This document shows, in pieces, positions 35,253 to 44,635 of a DNA stretch of 61,631 nucleotides. A program made the translations under genes and the position numbers. The stretch covers positions 1 to 61,631 of the forward strand of contig JAZDIZ010000024.1 in NCBI GenBank assembly GCA_043804515.1, in the 5' to 3' direction. Below the pieces are notes generated by a model. The model saw only the letters and a list, made by a program, of their open reading frames with translations. It was not told where the DNA came from and searched no databases. The DNA is from Pseudomonadota bacterium (lineage in GTDB: Bacteria > Bdellovibrionota_G > JALEGL01 > DATDPG01). Positions within the stretch are counted from its first letter, which is position 1; each line of letters starts with the position of its first letter.

Positions 35253-35690
35253 ATGCCACATCCGTTTCCACACCAATATTCTTTAACGGTTTCCTGGCGA
35301 GGGGGGCGTAGCGGTAGGGTTCAAGCAGGGCCGAGGCCGGAAATATCCGGTGGGCCTCCACCGGAGTTCGACGGAAATGAGAAGGATTGGAGTCCGGAGC
35401 ATCTGCTCCTCGCGGCCGTCAACCTGTGCTTGATGATCTCGTTTCTATCGCTGGCCCGGAAGTCGCGGTTGGATGTGAAAAAATACGAAGGACGCATCGA
35501 CGGCACGCTGGACAAGACCGAGGAGGGCCTCGTGTTCACGTCGATCGGCGTGCATGCGGATTTGGGAGTGGGACGAGGTGCCTCGGCCGAAGGCCAAAAG
35601 CTGATGGAGAAGGCCAAAAAATATTGTATCGTTTCCAACGCCCTCCGTGTTCCGGTGAACGTTGAAAGCCGTGTTACGGAGAGCGACTGA
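35253..35690 (+). CDS. OsmC/Ohr-family peroxiredoxin-like protein
   Basis: SPEHLLLAAVNLCLMISF and KYCIVSNAL contain the two conserved Cys contexts of OsmC. Confidence 0.85.
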   Translation: MPHPFPHQYSLTVSWRGGRSGRVQAGPRPEISGGPPPEFDGNEKDWSPEHLLLAAVNLCLMISFLSLARKSRLDVKKYEGRIDGTLDKTEEGLVFTSIGVHADLGVGRGASAEGQKLMEKAKKYCIVSNALRVPVNVESRVTESD

Positions 35691-35703
35691 AAGGGGACGT
35701 ATC

Positions 35704-35928
35704 GTGAAGAGAAATATGGGGAAAGTGGACCGTGGGATCCGGGTCGTCTTCGGCCTCGCCGTTCTCCTGTTGGTCCGATATTCCTGGTGGTGGTTGCTCG
35801 GCTTGCTGCCGCTTTTGACGGGTCTGGTCGGCTTCTGCCCGGGATACAAGCTCTTTGGGATCAGGACGTGCGGTTGCACGTGCAAGACAGAGGGCGGATC
35901 CTCGGGTCAGCCTCCGCAGGCCTCCTGA
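35704..35928 (+). CDS. DUF2892 (YgaP-like) small membrane protein
   Basis: DRGIRVVFGLAVLLL...LLPLLTGLVGFCPGYKLFGI. The GTG at 35704 has AAGGGGA upstream; the alternative start is ATG 35716. Confidence 0.75.
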   Translation: MKRNMGKVDRGIRVVFGLAVLLLVRYSWWWLLGLLPLLTGLVGFCPGYKLFGIRTCGCTCKTEGGSSGQPPQAS

Positions 35929-35944
35929 AGAGGAAAAAACCGCC

Positions 35945-36391
35945 ATGCGAATCAGGAGTCTCCTTTTGAGCCTTGCCTGCATTGCCCTCTGGACCGCGTG
36001 TGCGGCGCCTCGCCAGCCGGCACCGGCCCCTGAATTCAAGAATCTGGAGAAGAAAGACCTTTCGGATGCGATGTGGAAGCTGGCGGTGGGTGCAGCCAGT
36101 TTGAGGAAGATTCTGGCGGAGCCTGACGCCACAACGCGGGCGCACCGGCACGAGGTGGTGGATCAATTGAAGGAAATGGAAAAGACGGCCAGGAAACTGG
36201 GCGGGGGAGAGGTCCACACCAACCATCCGGAGATCGATCAGCATATCGGCCGATTCATCGCGGACATCGCCGAGGCGAGAAAAGGCGCCGAACACAGCCC
36301 TCCGAATTACTTCGGAGCCGGCGTAGTGTCCGGCGGTTGCGGGTATTGCCACCTCTCCCAGACTAAAGATAGAGACCGATCCAAAAACTAG
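35945..36391 (+). CDS. secreted class II c-type cytochrome candidate (cytochrome c'-like four-helix bundle)
   Basis: Signal peptide is MRIRSLLLSLACIALWTAC. There is a single CxxCH (CGYCH) about 15 residues from the C-terminus, and the mature size of about 125-130 aa fits class II cytochromes c. Confidence 0.6.
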   Translation: MRIRSLLLSLACIALWTACAAPRQPAPAPEFKNLEKKDLSDAMWKLAVGAASLRKILAEPDATTRAHRHEVVDQLKEMEKTARKLGGGEVHTNHPEIDQHIGRFIADIAEARKGAEHSPPNYFGAGVVSGGCGYCHLSQTKDRDRSKN

Positions 36392-36396
36392 AGCTG

Positions 36397-37557
36397 TCAG
36401 GCGCGCAAGGCCTGATCGAAGTCCGCCACGAGATCCTCGGTCCCCTCGATCCCGACCGAGACGCGCACGAGCGTGTCCGAAATCCCCAAGCTCTTCCGCT
36501 CCGCGGGCGCGAGGCCTGCGTGAGATGTGGTGGCCGGGCGGGTCACGAGCGTCTCAATCCCTCCCAAGCTGGGCGCCACATGCGCCAAGTTCAGCCGGTG
36601 GAGCATCGCTTCCGTCCGATCCACGTCCAATTTGGTCTCGAAACTCAGCATTCCGCCGAAACCACGAAACCATCGGCGGGCCCGCTGGTACTGGGGATGG
36701 GTTTCGAGCCCCGGATAATTCACGCGTTCGACCGAGGGGTGGCGGGAAAGGGCCTTGGCCAGGGTGAGAGCGCTCTCATTCTGCCGGCGCACGCGCAGGG
36801 CCAGAGTTTTGAGGCCCCGTTGAAGGAGATAACAACCGAACGGGGTCAGACTCCCTCCGAAGTGATTCGCCTTGTCCCGGATGCGGTCGATCCATGCCCG
36901 GGAGCCGACGACGCATCCCGCGGCCAGATCGGTGTGCCCGTTCAAGTATTTCGTGGCGCTGTGGACGACGAGATCGAAACCGAGATCCAGCGGATTGAAG
37001 TTCACCGGGGAGGCGAACGTGTTGTCGATGATCGTCACGAGGTTGTGGACTTTCGCGAACTTCACGACGGCTTCCAAGTCGCCCACTTGAATGAGCGGGT
37101 TCGTGATGCTTTCGACATAAAACGCCCGCGTGGTGGTTTTCAATTTGGAAGCCCACGTTGCGGGATGGTCCAAGTCCACAAAGTCGTGCGTCAGGCCGAC
37201 GTCGTGGAAATTCTGGGTCAGGAATGTGTGCGTGCCGCCGTAGAGACTGCTTTGGGCCAGGAGGTGGTCCCCGCTCTTGAGGGCCGTGAGAAGGGTCGTG
37301 GTGATGGCGGCCATTCCGCTGGACATCACCAACGCGGCCTCTCCGTGCTCGATCGCGGCCAGCTTTTCGTGCAGCACCAGGTGATTGGGGGTGTTGTTCA
37401 TCCGGGCGTATCGGACGTCCCCGTACGAGGCCTCCCCGGCATAGAGATACGTGGCGCTTTGATAGATCGGCATAGCGACGGCACCCTCGTGTTTCGAGGG
37501 ATCCTCGCCGGCGTGAATTAGAGTGGTATCGATAGACGGATTCTCGTTTTTGGCCAT
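36397..37557 (-). CDS. Cys/Met-metabolism PLP-dependent enzyme (cystathionine gamma-synthase/beta-lyase/gamma-lyase type)
   Basis: HSATKYLNGHTDLAAG PLP-lysine motif, and LVRVSVGIE at the C-terminus. Confidence 0.9.
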   Translation of the reverse strand: MAKNENPSIDTTLIHAGEDPSKHEGAVAMPIYQSATYLYAGEASYGDVRYARMNNTPNHLVLHEKLAAIEHGEAALVMSSGMAAITTTLLTALKSGDHLLAQSSLYGGTHTFLTQNFHDVGLTHDFVDLDHPATWASKLKTTTRAFYVESITNPLIQVGDLEAVVKFAKVHNLVTIIDNTFASPVNFNPLDLGFDLVVHSATKYLNGHTDLAAGCVVGSRAWIDRIRDKANHFGGSLTPFGCYLLQRGLKTLALRVRRQNESALTLAKALSRHPSVERVNYPGLETHPQYQRARRWFRGFGGMLSFETKLDVDRTEAMLHRLNLAHVAPSLGGIETLVTRPATTSHAGLAPAERKSLGISDTLVRVSVGIEGTEDLVADFDQALRA

Positions 37558-37622
37558 GAGCCCTCCTTATCTTCTTCGCAAGGGAACTTCCAGTTCCCGC
37601 CGAACTGCTCCCGAAAAAACGG

Positions 37623-38966
37623 TCAGAAGAAATATTTAGCCGATACGAAGATCTCGTCGTTGTTCGAAATCAGGCCGAAGAGGGAGTTTCCGAATCCGCC
37701 CCAAAAATTCGCTCCCAGGGCGAACTCCCAGGGAGGAGTCGGGCGATAGAGGAGCCGTGGATCGATGAAATAGGCGTGTTGGTTGACGATCGTCGTCCCT
37801 TTGAATTCCACCGACCAGGTGCGGGCGTCGAAGTTCAAAATCGCGGCAGCGGAAAGAAGGTGCTGGACCCGGTCCCGCGCGAAGAACGAACGGCCCCCGG
37901 AATGAACGGCCCGATCCTGCGCGTATTCGACGGTGAACAGGTGTTGAAGGTTCCAGTCGTAGTCGATGCCGGCCGTCCATTGGAGTTCCGGCTCGCGAAC
38001 GAGGAAAAGCTGCGCGTCATAAAAGGAGGCGTTGCTCTTATAGAGACCTTCTCCCTTGAGCGTGAAGCCCGAATCGAAAACCCAACGGAGCGTTCCCCCC
38101 GCCAGGTGCGCCCGCGGGAAAAAGCCCTGGTCGGCCAAGAGGGCGGCGGACGGCGTGAGACCGGCGGGGTTCAGGGCCTGGGCGCCGTTCGAAAAATTGA
38201 ACGTGGGGAGGGGGTCCCTCTTATAAAGATAGACCGCCGAAAGATCCAGGTCGCCGCTCCTCCACGAAATCCGCGCGCCGGCGTCGCCTTTGGCGGGATT
38301 GTCGTCCGGATCGCGTGCGACGAGGCCGGACAGATGATCCTCCGCTGATCCGCCGACCACCTGGGAGAAGTCCACGAATGGCAGGCCGAAGTGGGAGGTA
38401 AGGGAAGGGCGATAAACGGCCGCGTCGGTTCCGGCCCAATCGATGCGAGAGGCCCGGAAGAACGGCTGGTACACCGCTTCGAGCGTCCAGGGCTCCGGCT
38501 CGGCGACAATTCGGAGCATGGGCACGGGAAGATAACGATCCTCCACGTCCGGGTCGGTGAGCTGCGAAAAGTCATGAGGATTGAGGGCGTCCGTCGGGCT
38601 CAAGTATTCCATGACACCCCACCTAAGGACGCGCTCTCCTCCTTCGAAAGCCCAATCCCCGCCGGACCGTCGGATATAGGCTTCATAAAGATCCACCCGA
38701 TACCGGGTCTTTGTACCCCGCGGGGCCATCACCTCGACGCGCCCCAACAGAGAAGCGGTGGCGCTCCAGCCTCCGGAGGTATAGCGACCTTCGGCGAACA
38801 GGTGCAGGTTGCTTTCCACGAAGCGTTCCGCCGGATCATCGTGCCGCATGTCGGCCGCGAAGATCTCCCGGGCGTCGCCCCGGTACGCGAACTCACCGGC
38901 GAGCAGGAAGGCGGGCCAGAAGCAGGCCAGGGCCGTCGATGTGAAGCACGCTCGAAGGACCATCAT
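37623..38966 (-). CDS. outer-membrane beta-barrel candidate (DUF1302-like?), last gene of the ABC/LolA-like operon
   Basis: Signal peptide and a C-terminal ...VSAKYFF beta-signal. The ATG overlaps the upstream stop (ATGA). Confidence 0.7.
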   Translation of the reverse strand: MMVLRACFTSTALACFWPAFLLAGEFAYRGDAREIFAADMRHDDPAERFVESNLHLFAEGRYTSGGWSATASLLGRVEVMAPRGTKTRYRVDLYEAYIRRSGGDWAFEGGERVLRWGVMEYLSPTDALNPHDFSQLTDPDVEDRYLPVPMLRIVAEPEPWTLEAVYQPFFRASRIDWAGTDAAVYRPSLTSHFGLPFVDFSQVVGGSAEDHLSGLVARDPDDNPAKGDAGARISWRSGDLDLSAVYLYKRDPLPTFNFSNGAQALNPAGLTPSAALLADQGFFPRAHLAGGTLRWVFDSGFTLKGEGLYKSNASFYDAQLFLVREPELQWTAGIDYDWNLQHLFTVEYAQDRAVHSGGRSFFARDRVQHLLSAAAILNFDARTWSVEFKGTTIVNQHAYFIDPRLLYRPTPPWEFALGANFWGGFGNSLFGLISNNDEIFVSAKYFF

Positions 38967-39724
38967 TGCCCCAAAGCGCTCACGGTGAAAAGGCTGGAGT
39001 CCAAGGGACCGTCGTACCGGATCGAGAGGTTCTCGTAGGCCGTCTTCGTTCCCTTTTGGAGGTTATCCATTTCAAGTTTGGTTTGCGTCCAGATGCCTAA
39101 AATCAGCTCCGATCCGAGGGATCGAATCGTTATGATCTTCGTTCCCCCTCGGTCGTACAGGTCGATCCTTCGAAAGAGGAAGGTCTCCTTGTCGATCCAG
39201 CTGACGGTGCGGCCGTATTGAGACCGAACCCGCTTTTTGGTCGTGGCGGTGATCTTCCAACAGGGCCTTCCGTCCAGCGCCTCCTCGCCGTCCAGCGAGT
39301 AATCGGAATCATCCGCGTGCTTCCGCTCCATGTCCTCGTAGCTGAAGTCGGTGTCGGCGAACTCCTGGCCCTTAAGGCTTCCGCGAATTCTCCGGACGCG
39401 GCGGAGGGCCGGTGTGTAGAGGTACTGGTCCGCCTCGCCGCCGGGGCGCTGAACGATCAAGAGGGAGAGCCCCTTGATGTCGGCGGGGGCCGTGAAATCC
39501 AAGCGGGTCAGCTCAGCTTCCCCGTCCGTCTTTCGCCGGAGGCGCATCGTCCGGGACCGGAGCTTCCCGTTGGGCTTCGTCTGGATCATCCGGGCTTCAG
39601 CCAGAACGGAATGGCCGGCATCCAATAGGATCGATTTGTCGATGATCTCCCGGGCGGAAAGATCCGCGCGTGCCGGGCACGGCAGGGCCAGCAGAAGGAG
39701 GAGCAGAAAGGGAACTTTATTCAT
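38963..39724 (-). CDS. outer-membrane lipoprotein-sorting (LolA-like fold) protein
   Basis: Signal peptide is MNKVPFLLLLLLALPCPARA. The family-typical segment YLYTPALRRVRRI...FADTDFSYEDM is present. The start overlaps the 3' end of the permease gene by 8 nt. Confidence 0.75.
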   Translation of the reverse strand: MNKVPFLLLLLLALPCPARADLSAREIIDKSILLDAGHSVLAEARMIQTKPNGKLRSRTMRLRRKTDGEAELTRLDFTAPADIKGLSLLIVQRPGGEADQYLYTPALRRVRRIRGSLKGQEFADTDFSYEDMERKHADDSDYSLDGEEALDGRPCWKITATTKKRVRSQYGRTVSWIDKETFLFRRIDLYDRGGTKIITIRSLGSELILGIWTQTKLEMDNLQKGTKTAYENLSIRYDGPLDSSLFTVSALGQ

Positions 39725-42281
39725 ATTCAATCGCCTTGACGATGTTGAGCCGCGCAGCGTGGCGTGCGGGAAGATATGCAGCCAAGGTCGCCAGGGCAAG
39801 CCCGACGGCGGAAACCCCGATGAGACGTGCGTATGGGATGAACATCCTGAACGTCCATCCCGTGGAAGCGGGAAGCACGGTTGAAAAGATGACCTCCGTC
39901 AGGATGACACCCAGAACGAGGCCCAGAACGAGACCACCGAACGTCAGGTATCCCCCCTCGGCGATCACCATCCGCGTGATCTGCCTGCGGGTGGCACCCA
40001 AGGCCCGCAGAACGCCGATCATCCGGGCCCGTTCCAGAACCGACGCCAAAATCGTGTTGACGATGCCGAGGATCGAAACCAGAACGGCGATGATCTCCAG
40101 GACCTTCACGACCTTGTAGGTTTCGTCAATGATCCGAAACACCTCCTCGCGCATTTCCTTGTTGGTGAGAACGAAGAGGTCCGGCGCGATTCCCTCCAGC
40201 GAAAGAACGCGCTTCCGGACCCGATGAGCGTCCCCGGGATCGCGCAGGAACACGTCCAAGCTGTCCACCAGGGGATCGTCGAAGCTCTTGGTGAACTGCG
40301 CACGGGACATAATGACGATTCCCCGATCGGACGTGTAATCCTCCACGACACCCACGATAAGGACGGGAAGGATGCCCTTGGGTGTTGGAAGATCCAGGAC
40401 ATCCCCGATTCCCTTGCGGAAGCGGCGTTTGAAATTTTCGGCCACAAGAACCGTAGGGCGGTCGTTCAGGAGGCGAAGCGCCTCGTTGCGGCTTCCGTCG
40501 ATGAACTCCCGGGGCACGTGAGTGAGGTAGATCTCGGGGCGGTTCGAGAGGAGCGTGATCGGAACGCCGTTGAAATCCACCTGAACCATCCGGACCTGGT
40601 CCACCGCCCTTACCTCGGGCCAGGCCGCGATGGTATCCGCAAGATCCGCACGCATGGGCCGGTTCTCGCTCCGAGCCAGTTTGGCGCCCGAGGTCACGAA
40701 CAGGTCGGCGGGGATCGTCTGTATCACCCAGCGCTCGATGGTGCGCTTCAGGCTGTAAATGTAGTTGTCGATCTCCACGACCATCGCGAAGCCGAGCATG
40801 ATCGCCGAAAGCGTAACCGCGGCACGCGCCGCTTGCCGCGGAAGCTGCTCGAAGGCCAGGCGCTCCGAGGGAGGGAAGAACCGCCGGGGGATCCGCGCGA
40901 AGAAGCGGAAGGCCGTAACCAGAAGGGTGGGGGCCAGAAACGCAAAGACGAGCGTGACACCGAGCTGCGTGCCGTATCCCCAATACACGCCCGGGAGCCG
41001 AGTCGCGATCCACCAAAGGAGGACCGTGAAGATGGAAAGAACGAGTGCGATCTTTGCGTTGATCGTGGTCCACGTGGGCCGGAAGGGCTTGCCTCCCACG
41101 TCGAACTTGAGGCCCTCCACGGGCGTGATCGAAGCCGCCGTCCTGGCCGGTCCCAGCGACGCGATCACGGAGGCGCCCACGCCGCAGAGGAAGCCGAACA
41201 TCAGGATCCCGGCGGAGGAGTAGATTTGATCCGGGCGGACTCTCAAAAAATTCAAGGAGACGGCTCCCGAGACGGTCTTCAGGAGAAAACTCGCGAGCCA
41301 GAGGCCGATCCCGACGCCCAGTGCGGACGCTATGCAGCCCAGGATGAGAGCCTCTCCCACGAAGAGACGGATCACGTCCCGCCTGCGGGCTCCGAGCGCA
41401 CGCGCGATGGAGATTTCCTTGCGCCGTTGGGCGACGGAAATCTGCATCGTGTTGTAGATCAGGAAAAGCCCCACCAGCAGGGCCACAAAGGCCCCCATGG
41501 TGAGTCCGGCCTGGAATGAAGCCAGGAGCGTGCGCGCGTTGTCGCCTCTCTCCGCCGGAGTTTTCACTTCATATGCGCCGTCGAGGTCCCGCTTCAGCCG
41601 GGTCATGGCCTGTTGAACCGTGAAGCTTTCGGCCGTGATGACGTCGTACCGGTCGAAGCGCCCCTCCCTCCCGAACAAGGCCTGCGCCGCGAATACGTCC
41701 ATGACCATGAAATTCCCGCCGAAAGCCCGTGCGGGGCCCTCGGCCTTGAGATGGCCCATGACCCGAAGCGTCCGTGTCCCCTCCGCCGTCCGGATGCCGA
41801 TCCGGTCCCCCGTATTCTTATCGAACTGGTCTGCAAGTTGGTCCGAAACCAGGACCGCCTCGGGATCGTTCAGGAAAGCCAGGGGATCCTCGACTTGAGA
41901 GCCCCCCTTGGAGAAACGGTAATCCCGGAATTCCTCGTCGCCCGTAAAATCGATTCCCAGGATCAGGACGGTTTCGTCGCCGAACTGGGGAACCCTCACG
42001 AGCTGTTGGATCACCGGCGTTACGTAGCGTACGCATGGGGACTTCTCGATCCGCTCCCAAAGATCCTCGGGAACTCCGGCATCCCCGGCGGTCACTTGCA
42101 GCGTAGCCCGGCCCGCAATCGAATCGATCATTCTGCGGAAGCTCTCCAGGATGGAGTGGTTCACCGTGTTGATGGCGATCACGACGGCCACGCCCAGTGC
42201 GACGCCGCTCAAGGTGAGGGCGGTGCGAACTTTATGCGTGCGGGCGTGCCGGAGGCTGAAAAAAAGAAAAAGCTGGTTCAT
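39717..42281 (-). CDS. ABC transporter permease with two FtsX/MacB-type 4-TM domains (854 aa)
   Basis: Duplicated FtsX-like modules (ISIARALGARRRDV and MIGVLRALGATRRQI) with large periplasmic loops. Confidence 0.88.
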   Translation of the reverse strand: MNQLFLFFSLRHARTHKVRTALTLSGVALGVAVVIAINTVNHSILESFRRMIDSIAGRATLQVTAGDAGVPEDLWERIEKSPCVRYVTPVIQQLVRVPQFGDETVLILGIDFTGDEEFRDYRFSKGGSQVEDPLAFLNDPEAVLVSDQLADQFDKNTGDRIGIRTAEGTRTLRVMGHLKAEGPARAFGGNFMVMDVFAAQALFGREGRFDRYDVITAESFTVQQAMTRLKRDLDGAYEVKTPAERGDNARTLLASFQAGLTMGAFVALLVGLFLIYNTMQISVAQRRKEISIARALGARRRDVIRLFVGEALILGCIASALGVGIGLWLASFLLKTVSGAVSLNFLRVRPDQIYSSAGILMFGFLCGVGASVIASLGPARTAASITPVEGLKFDVGGKPFRPTWTTINAKIALVLSIFTVLLWWIATRLPGVYWGYGTQLGVTLVFAFLAPTLLVTAFRFFARIPRRFFPPSERLAFEQLPRQAARAAVTLSAIMLGFAMVVEIDNYIYSLKRTIERWVIQTIPADLFVTSGAKLARSENRPMRADLADTIAAWPEVRAVDQVRMVQVDFNGVPITLLSNRPEIYLTHVPREFIDGSRNEALRLLNDRPTVLVAENFKRRFRKGIGDVLDLPTPKGILPVLIVGVVEDYTSDRGIVIMSRAQFTKSFDDPLVDSLDVFLRDPGDAHRVRKRVLSLEGIAPDLFVLTNKEMREEVFRIIDETYKVVKVLEIIAVLVSILGIVNTILASVLERARMIGVLRALGATRRQITRMVIAEGGYLTFGGLVLGLVLGVILTEVIFSTVLPASTGWTFRMFIPYARLIGVSAVGLALATLAAYLPARHAARLNIVKAIEYE

Positions 42282-42958
42282 CCCGCGTTTCGGTCCGAAA
42301 AGATCTTCCCGTCCCGGATGTCCAGCACCCGGTTGGCGAAGCGGGCGGCGCGGGGATCGTGCGTGACGATCACGACGGTCTTGCCGAGATCGGTGTTCAG
42401 GCTCTTCATCAGGGACAGGATTTCCTCTCCTTTGTGCGAATCCAGATTCCCGGTAGGCTCATCGGCCAGAAGGATCGGGGGATCGTGGATCAGCGCCCGA
42501 GCAACGGCCACTCTCTGCGTCTCGCCGCCCGAGAGCTGGTCGGGCGTGTGGGATTCCCGGGAAGTCAGGCCCACTTGCGCCAGAAGCTCCCGTCCCCGGG
42601 CCTCCGCCTTTCCTCGGGAAACGCCGTCCATCAGCGCCGGGAATATGACGTTTTCCAGCGCGCTCAATGTGGGGAGGAGGTGAAAGAATTGAAATACGAA
42701 GCCCAGTTTACGGCGGCGCAAGAGCGTGCGGGCGTCGTCATCCAACCCCGAGAGCCTCATTCCGTCGATGATGACTTCGCCGCCGGTGGGCTCGTCGAGC
42801 GTCCCCATCAGATGAAGGAGCGTGGACTTTCCGGATCCGGATGGCCCCACGACGATCACGAAATCACGGGGAGGCACGTGTAAACTCACGTCGGCCAGGG
42901 CTACGACCTTCTCGGCGGCCCCTTCATAGATCTTGGTGACGTTTTCCAGGCGAATCAT
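42278..42958 (-). CDS. ABC transporter ATP-binding protein (LolD/MacB-type)
   Basis: Walker A is GPSGSGKST, the signature is LSGGETQRV, and Walker B is ILLADEPTGNLD. The start is at ATG 42958 (MIRLENVTKIY). Confidence 0.92.
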   Translation of the reverse strand: MIRLENVTKIYEGAAEKVVALADVSLHVPPRDFVIVVGPSGSGKSTLLHLMGTLDEPTGGEVIIDGMRLSGLDDDARTLLRRRKLGFVFQFFHLLPTLSALENVIFPALMDGVSRGKAEARGRELLAQVGLTSRESHTPDQLSGGETQRVAVARALIHDPPILLADEPTGNLDSHKGEEILSLMKSLNTDLGKTVVIVTHDPRAARFANRVLDIRDGKIFSDRNAG

Positions 42959-43038
42959 CGGGGTGAGAACCGCTCTCCTACCTTCGTGAGAGAGATCTTG
43001 CAAAAAAGAACGCGTTCCGATGAAGTTCTCCAAGACCC

Positions 43039-43362
43039 GTGAATCGCAAGGTTTTCAAGCTCTGGGTGAAGCGCTCGGCCGTGCTCCTTTGGGGGATGCT
43101 CGTCTACAACGCGTTTGTGGCGCTGGTGCTGACGCCTCTCTTTCGGAAATGGTTTCCGCCTCTCACGGGATGGGAGCGGGTCACGAAGCTCTTTACGGGC
43201 GCGTCTCGGACCACGTACAGGGACATCCTTCCCTATGCGGGGCCCGCGCTTTGGATCGCGGGAAACGCGCTTCTCTTTGCCTTAATTCACAGGGAGCTAA
43301 ACGAGGCCCGGGGCACGCTTGGTGGACCCGGCGGGAAACCGGCGGATGTCGAAAAGAACTAA
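43039..43362 (+). CDS. hypothetical small membrane protein (uncertain gene)
   Basis: GTG start and two hydrophobic segments. It overlaps the convergent cNMP-domain gene by 66 nt. Confidence 0.35.
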   Translation: MNRKVFKLWVKRSAVLLWGMLVYNAFVALVLTPLFRKWFPPLTGWERVTKLFTGASRTTYRDILPYAGPALWIAGNALLFALIHRELNEARGTLGGPGGKPADVEKN

Positions 43363-43704
43363 GGGGCTCCTTCTCGAAAGCCAGTCGAAAAACAGCGTTT
43401 TGTCGAGGAAGGACGCCTGGAGGTTCTCCGCGACGATTCCCGTGTACGGGTACGGCTCCTCGGTCTGGAGCAGTTCATAGCCGATCAGCATCCCCTTCCC
43501 GAGATCGAACGGGAGGAGCACTTCTCTCTGGTGATCCAGGAGTTCCAGCCGGCCGGAATGGATCAAAAAGACCCCGTACGGATAGTGGCCTTGATAAAAA
43601 AGTACTTGGCCTTTCCGATACTCCCCCGGGGGGAGCTTCCCGCGCCACTGGTTCCGCGTTCTCTCCGTCACATGAAACGCCAGCAGTTGCGACGTCTGAT
43701 GCAC
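43297..43704 (-). CDS. stand-alone cyclic-nucleotide-binding domain protein
   Basis: YRKGQVLFYQGHYPYGVFLIHSGRLELL is a typical cNMP beta-roll. There is no HTH domain. Confidence 0.7.
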   Translation of the reverse strand: MHQTSQLLAFHVTERTRNQWRGKLPPGEYRKGQVLFYQGHYPYGVFLIHSGRLELLDHQREVLLPFDLGKGMLIGYELLQTEEPYPYTGIVAENLQASFLDKTLFFDWLSRRSPLVLFDIRRFPAGSTKRAPGLV

Positions 43705-43747
43705 GTCGCTATTCTTGGCGAGCGCCCGTCAAACACTATGATCTAAA

Positions 43748-44458
43748 TCAGACCTCGATGTTCGCTTCGCGGAGGAGTTCGCCGGAATTCCGGATCAGGA
43801 TGCGCTTTCCGTCCAGACGGATGTAATTCGAGTCGCTGAAATCGGAGAGCAGGCGGATCACGGTCTCCGGTGTGGCCCCCACCATGGAGGCCAGTTCCGT
43901 GCGCGTGAGGCGGAGATCGATAAAAGTCTCGTTCCCCTGTTTTTGGCCGTGCGTCTTTTGAAGCGTCAGGAGCAGATGGCTGAGCCGCTGGCGGACGCTT
44001 TTGCTCAAAACGTCCGAAAGCTGGGCCTGCACGATCGCGAGTTCGTGCCCGAGGCGCCTCAACACGCTCAGGGCGATCGAAGGTTCCTTGGCGATCAGGC
44101 CGGAGAAGAAGTGCTTATCGATAAAACAAACCTCGGCGTCCTCGATCACCTCGGCCGTCAGGTTGTACGGCTCGTCGGTCAGGATGCTTCGGTAGCCCAG
44201 GATGTCCCCCGGGCCCTCGACTTTGATAATGGTTTCCCGGCCGTCGTCACCCGTTTTGAAGAGCTTGATCTTCCCCCGGTAGACGCAAAAAAGGCCCTTC
44301 GGTTGATTCCCCTCGTAGAAGATCACTTGGCCGCGCTTGTATTGATTCGTGGTCTTGGCGCCGTTGAGTTCCTCGACCTGGCTCCCATCGAGTTCGCAAA
44401 AGACCCCCTCCAGCCGGGAGGGGCAAATCGCACAGTGATGGACAAGTTCCTTCGACAT
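43748..44458 (-). CDS. Crp/Fnr-family transcriptional regulator with an N-terminal Cys cluster
   Basis: HHCAICPSRLEGVFC at the N-terminus, the cNMP-like domain YKRGQVIFYEGN...GLFCVYRGKIKL, and the HTH segment TRTELASMVGATPETVIRLLSDF. Confidence 0.88.
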   Translation of the reverse strand: MSKELVHHCAICPSRLEGVFCELDGSQVEELNGAKTTNQYKRGQVIFYEGNQPKGLFCVYRGKIKLFKTGDDGRETIIKVEGPGDILGYRSILTDEPYNLTAEVIEDAEVCFIDKHFFSGLIAKEPSIALSVLRRLGHELAIVQAQLSDVLSKSVRQRLSHLLLTLQKTHGQKQGNETFIDLRLTRTELASMVGATPETVIRLLSDFSDSNYIRLDGKRILIRNSGELLREANIEV

Positions 44459-44635
44459 AAAGGGAAAACCTATTCGTCTTGAGTGTCCGCGTCAATCCGG
44501 GATGCTGATCTTTGTCATGATCGGGCGTGGGAACGTCGGAGGCACTTGCCGGAGATGAAAAACAAGGCTAAACAGGCATACACGAAGGATTTTCAAGGGA
44601 CACGACCGAAACGATTTTTGCGGAGGTTGGGCGGT

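Noticed and set aside
40224-41519. 431-aa plus-strand ORF
   Set aside because: It is antisense to the FtsX-type permease. The translation is Arg/Glu/Gly/Pro-rich with no TM segments or motifs.
43020-43826. 268-aa plus-strand ORF
   Set aside because: It overlaps the cNMP-domain gene on the other strand. The composition is Arg/Ser/Gly/Pro-rich with no motifs.
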